A program made the position numbers and the translations under genes. From IMG/VR virus record IMGVR_UViG_3300045988_162372: a stretch of 64,000 bases of DNA. The stretch is one strand, 5' to 3'. This document shows, piece by piece, positions 63,581 to 64,000 of this stretch. Origin of the DNA: a virus. How positions within the stretch are numbered: position 1 is the first letter of the stretch; every line of letters begins with the position of its first letter. Under the pieces are notes generated by a model. The model did no database searches and had not been told where the DNA came from. It worked only from the letters and a program-made list of their open reading frames with translations.

Positions 63581-63705
63581 TCAAAAGATAAGGGGGCAGG
63601 GGTAACACTCTGAAGTATAATCTCCAAAGGGTTTAAGAAGAATTTGTTAATATAGTTTAACATAATAAAAAATGTCCTACAAACTTTTTCAGTCTGTAGG
63701 ACTTA
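63581..63705 (+). ncRNA. candidate small RNA, copy B (ends approximate)
   Basis: Reads TAGTGTCAAAAGATAAGG..., then the hairpin CAGGG-GTAACA-CTCTG (63597-63612), then AAGTATAATCTCC and TTTGTTAATA, as in copy A. A hairpin follows at 63674-63702. Confidence 0.55.
63674..63702. terminator. hairpin terminator; the U-run is stronger on the minus strand
   Basis: gtcctaca/tgtaggac forms an 8-bp stem flanked by aaaaaat and ttataaaaaaaaa. Confidence 0.55.
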
Positions 63706-63756
63706 TAAAAAAAAATGTTAAATAATAATCTAAAAACTGATGACTTATGTTATTTG

Positions 63757-63912
63757 TTGGGCTTATCTCTTATCATACTTGCAGGGTTTTAATATATCTA
63801 AATTAAACGGGCTTATCACTTAATTAACGCCATTTAGGGCGGAGGCTTATTTCGTTCCATATTATTACACATTTTAATCTAATCTAACGGGTTGATATTT
63901 CGTGCAGGTTTT
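63757..63912. repeat. iteron-like short direct repeats
   Basis: gggcttatc occurs at 63760 and 63809, and aggcttatt at 63843. The strings gggcttatc..ttgcagggtttt (63760-63790) and gggttgata..gtgcaggttttt (63889-63912) look related. Confidence 0.5.
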
Positions 63913-64000
63913 TCCCCTAAACATAGGGAAATCATTGTCATTCATTGAATAAAAATTCTCCATCCGTTTGTTTAGTTTTTTAGCTTCCTTTTGCGCCCTT
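63874..64000 (-). CDS. possible C-terminal end of a gene that begins beyond the window
   Basis: The minus frame stays open from the window edge to TAA at 63874-63876 (...RAQKEAKKLNKRMENFYSMNDNDFPMFRGKTCTKYQPVRLD). It is too short to judge. Confidence 0.3.
   Translation of the reverse strand, partial: RAQKEAKKLNKRMENFYSMNDNDFPMFRGKTCTKYQPVRLD

Noticed and set aside
1-64000. Stop-codon reassignment (TAG or TGA recoding), as seen in some gut phages.
   Set aside because: Genes with known family lengths (clpX-like, metK, thyA, helicase, kptA, the methyltransferases) are intact and full length under the standard code, and gaps between ORFs are small.

Overview
Visibly AT-rich, almost gap-free coding window. 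It reads as part of a large tailed dsDNA phage (or phage-derived element) of a Bacteroidota host. From about 58.2 kb it ends in a more G+C-rich module of short genes, each with its own promoter, resembling the early or leading regions of mobile elements. The host inference rests on more than 20 intergenic matches to the Bacteroides-type promoter (TTTG, 19-20 nt spacer, TAnnTTTG, usually TAtCTTTGCA), plus A-rich start contexts with few Shine-Dalgarno sequences. Recognisable genes: a 1546-aa repeat-built tail fibre/spike with a C-terminal beta-helix, a signal-peptide lytic transglycosylase, ClpX-like and ClpC/ClpA-like AAA+ unfoldases, PTH2 peptidyl-tRNA hydrolase, a dNMP-kinase-like protein, Nudix, ThyA with two insertions, a UvrD-like helicase, three DNA methyltransferases, a PD-(D/E)xK protein, MetK, KptA/Tpt1, a NADAR-like protein, several ART-like 'HGT' proteins, a ComF-like PRTase-domain protein and a DUF932-like protein. 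The most interesting items are four. (1) An IS607-type pair at 34.76-37.0 kb: a MerR-HTH serine recombinase plus a 542-aa TnpB-like RuvC protein that appears to lack the usual zinc-ribbon between RuvC-II and RuvC-III. (2) Three copies of a small promoter-driven RNA with a covarying hairpin at 60.3, 61.5 and 63.6 kb. (3) A recurring N-terminal 'K-I-T-E-E-Q-Y / I-T-E-S-D-L-K-R-I-I-K-E' leader on at least 8 otherwise unrelated proteins. (4) An ADP-ribose/NAD-centred gene set. No rRNA, tRNA, CRISPR array or reverse transcriptase was seen. All functional calls come from motif recognition by eye; no searches were run. Several ORF-track starts use TTG or lie upstream of promoters, and I re-set those to the first plausible ATG.
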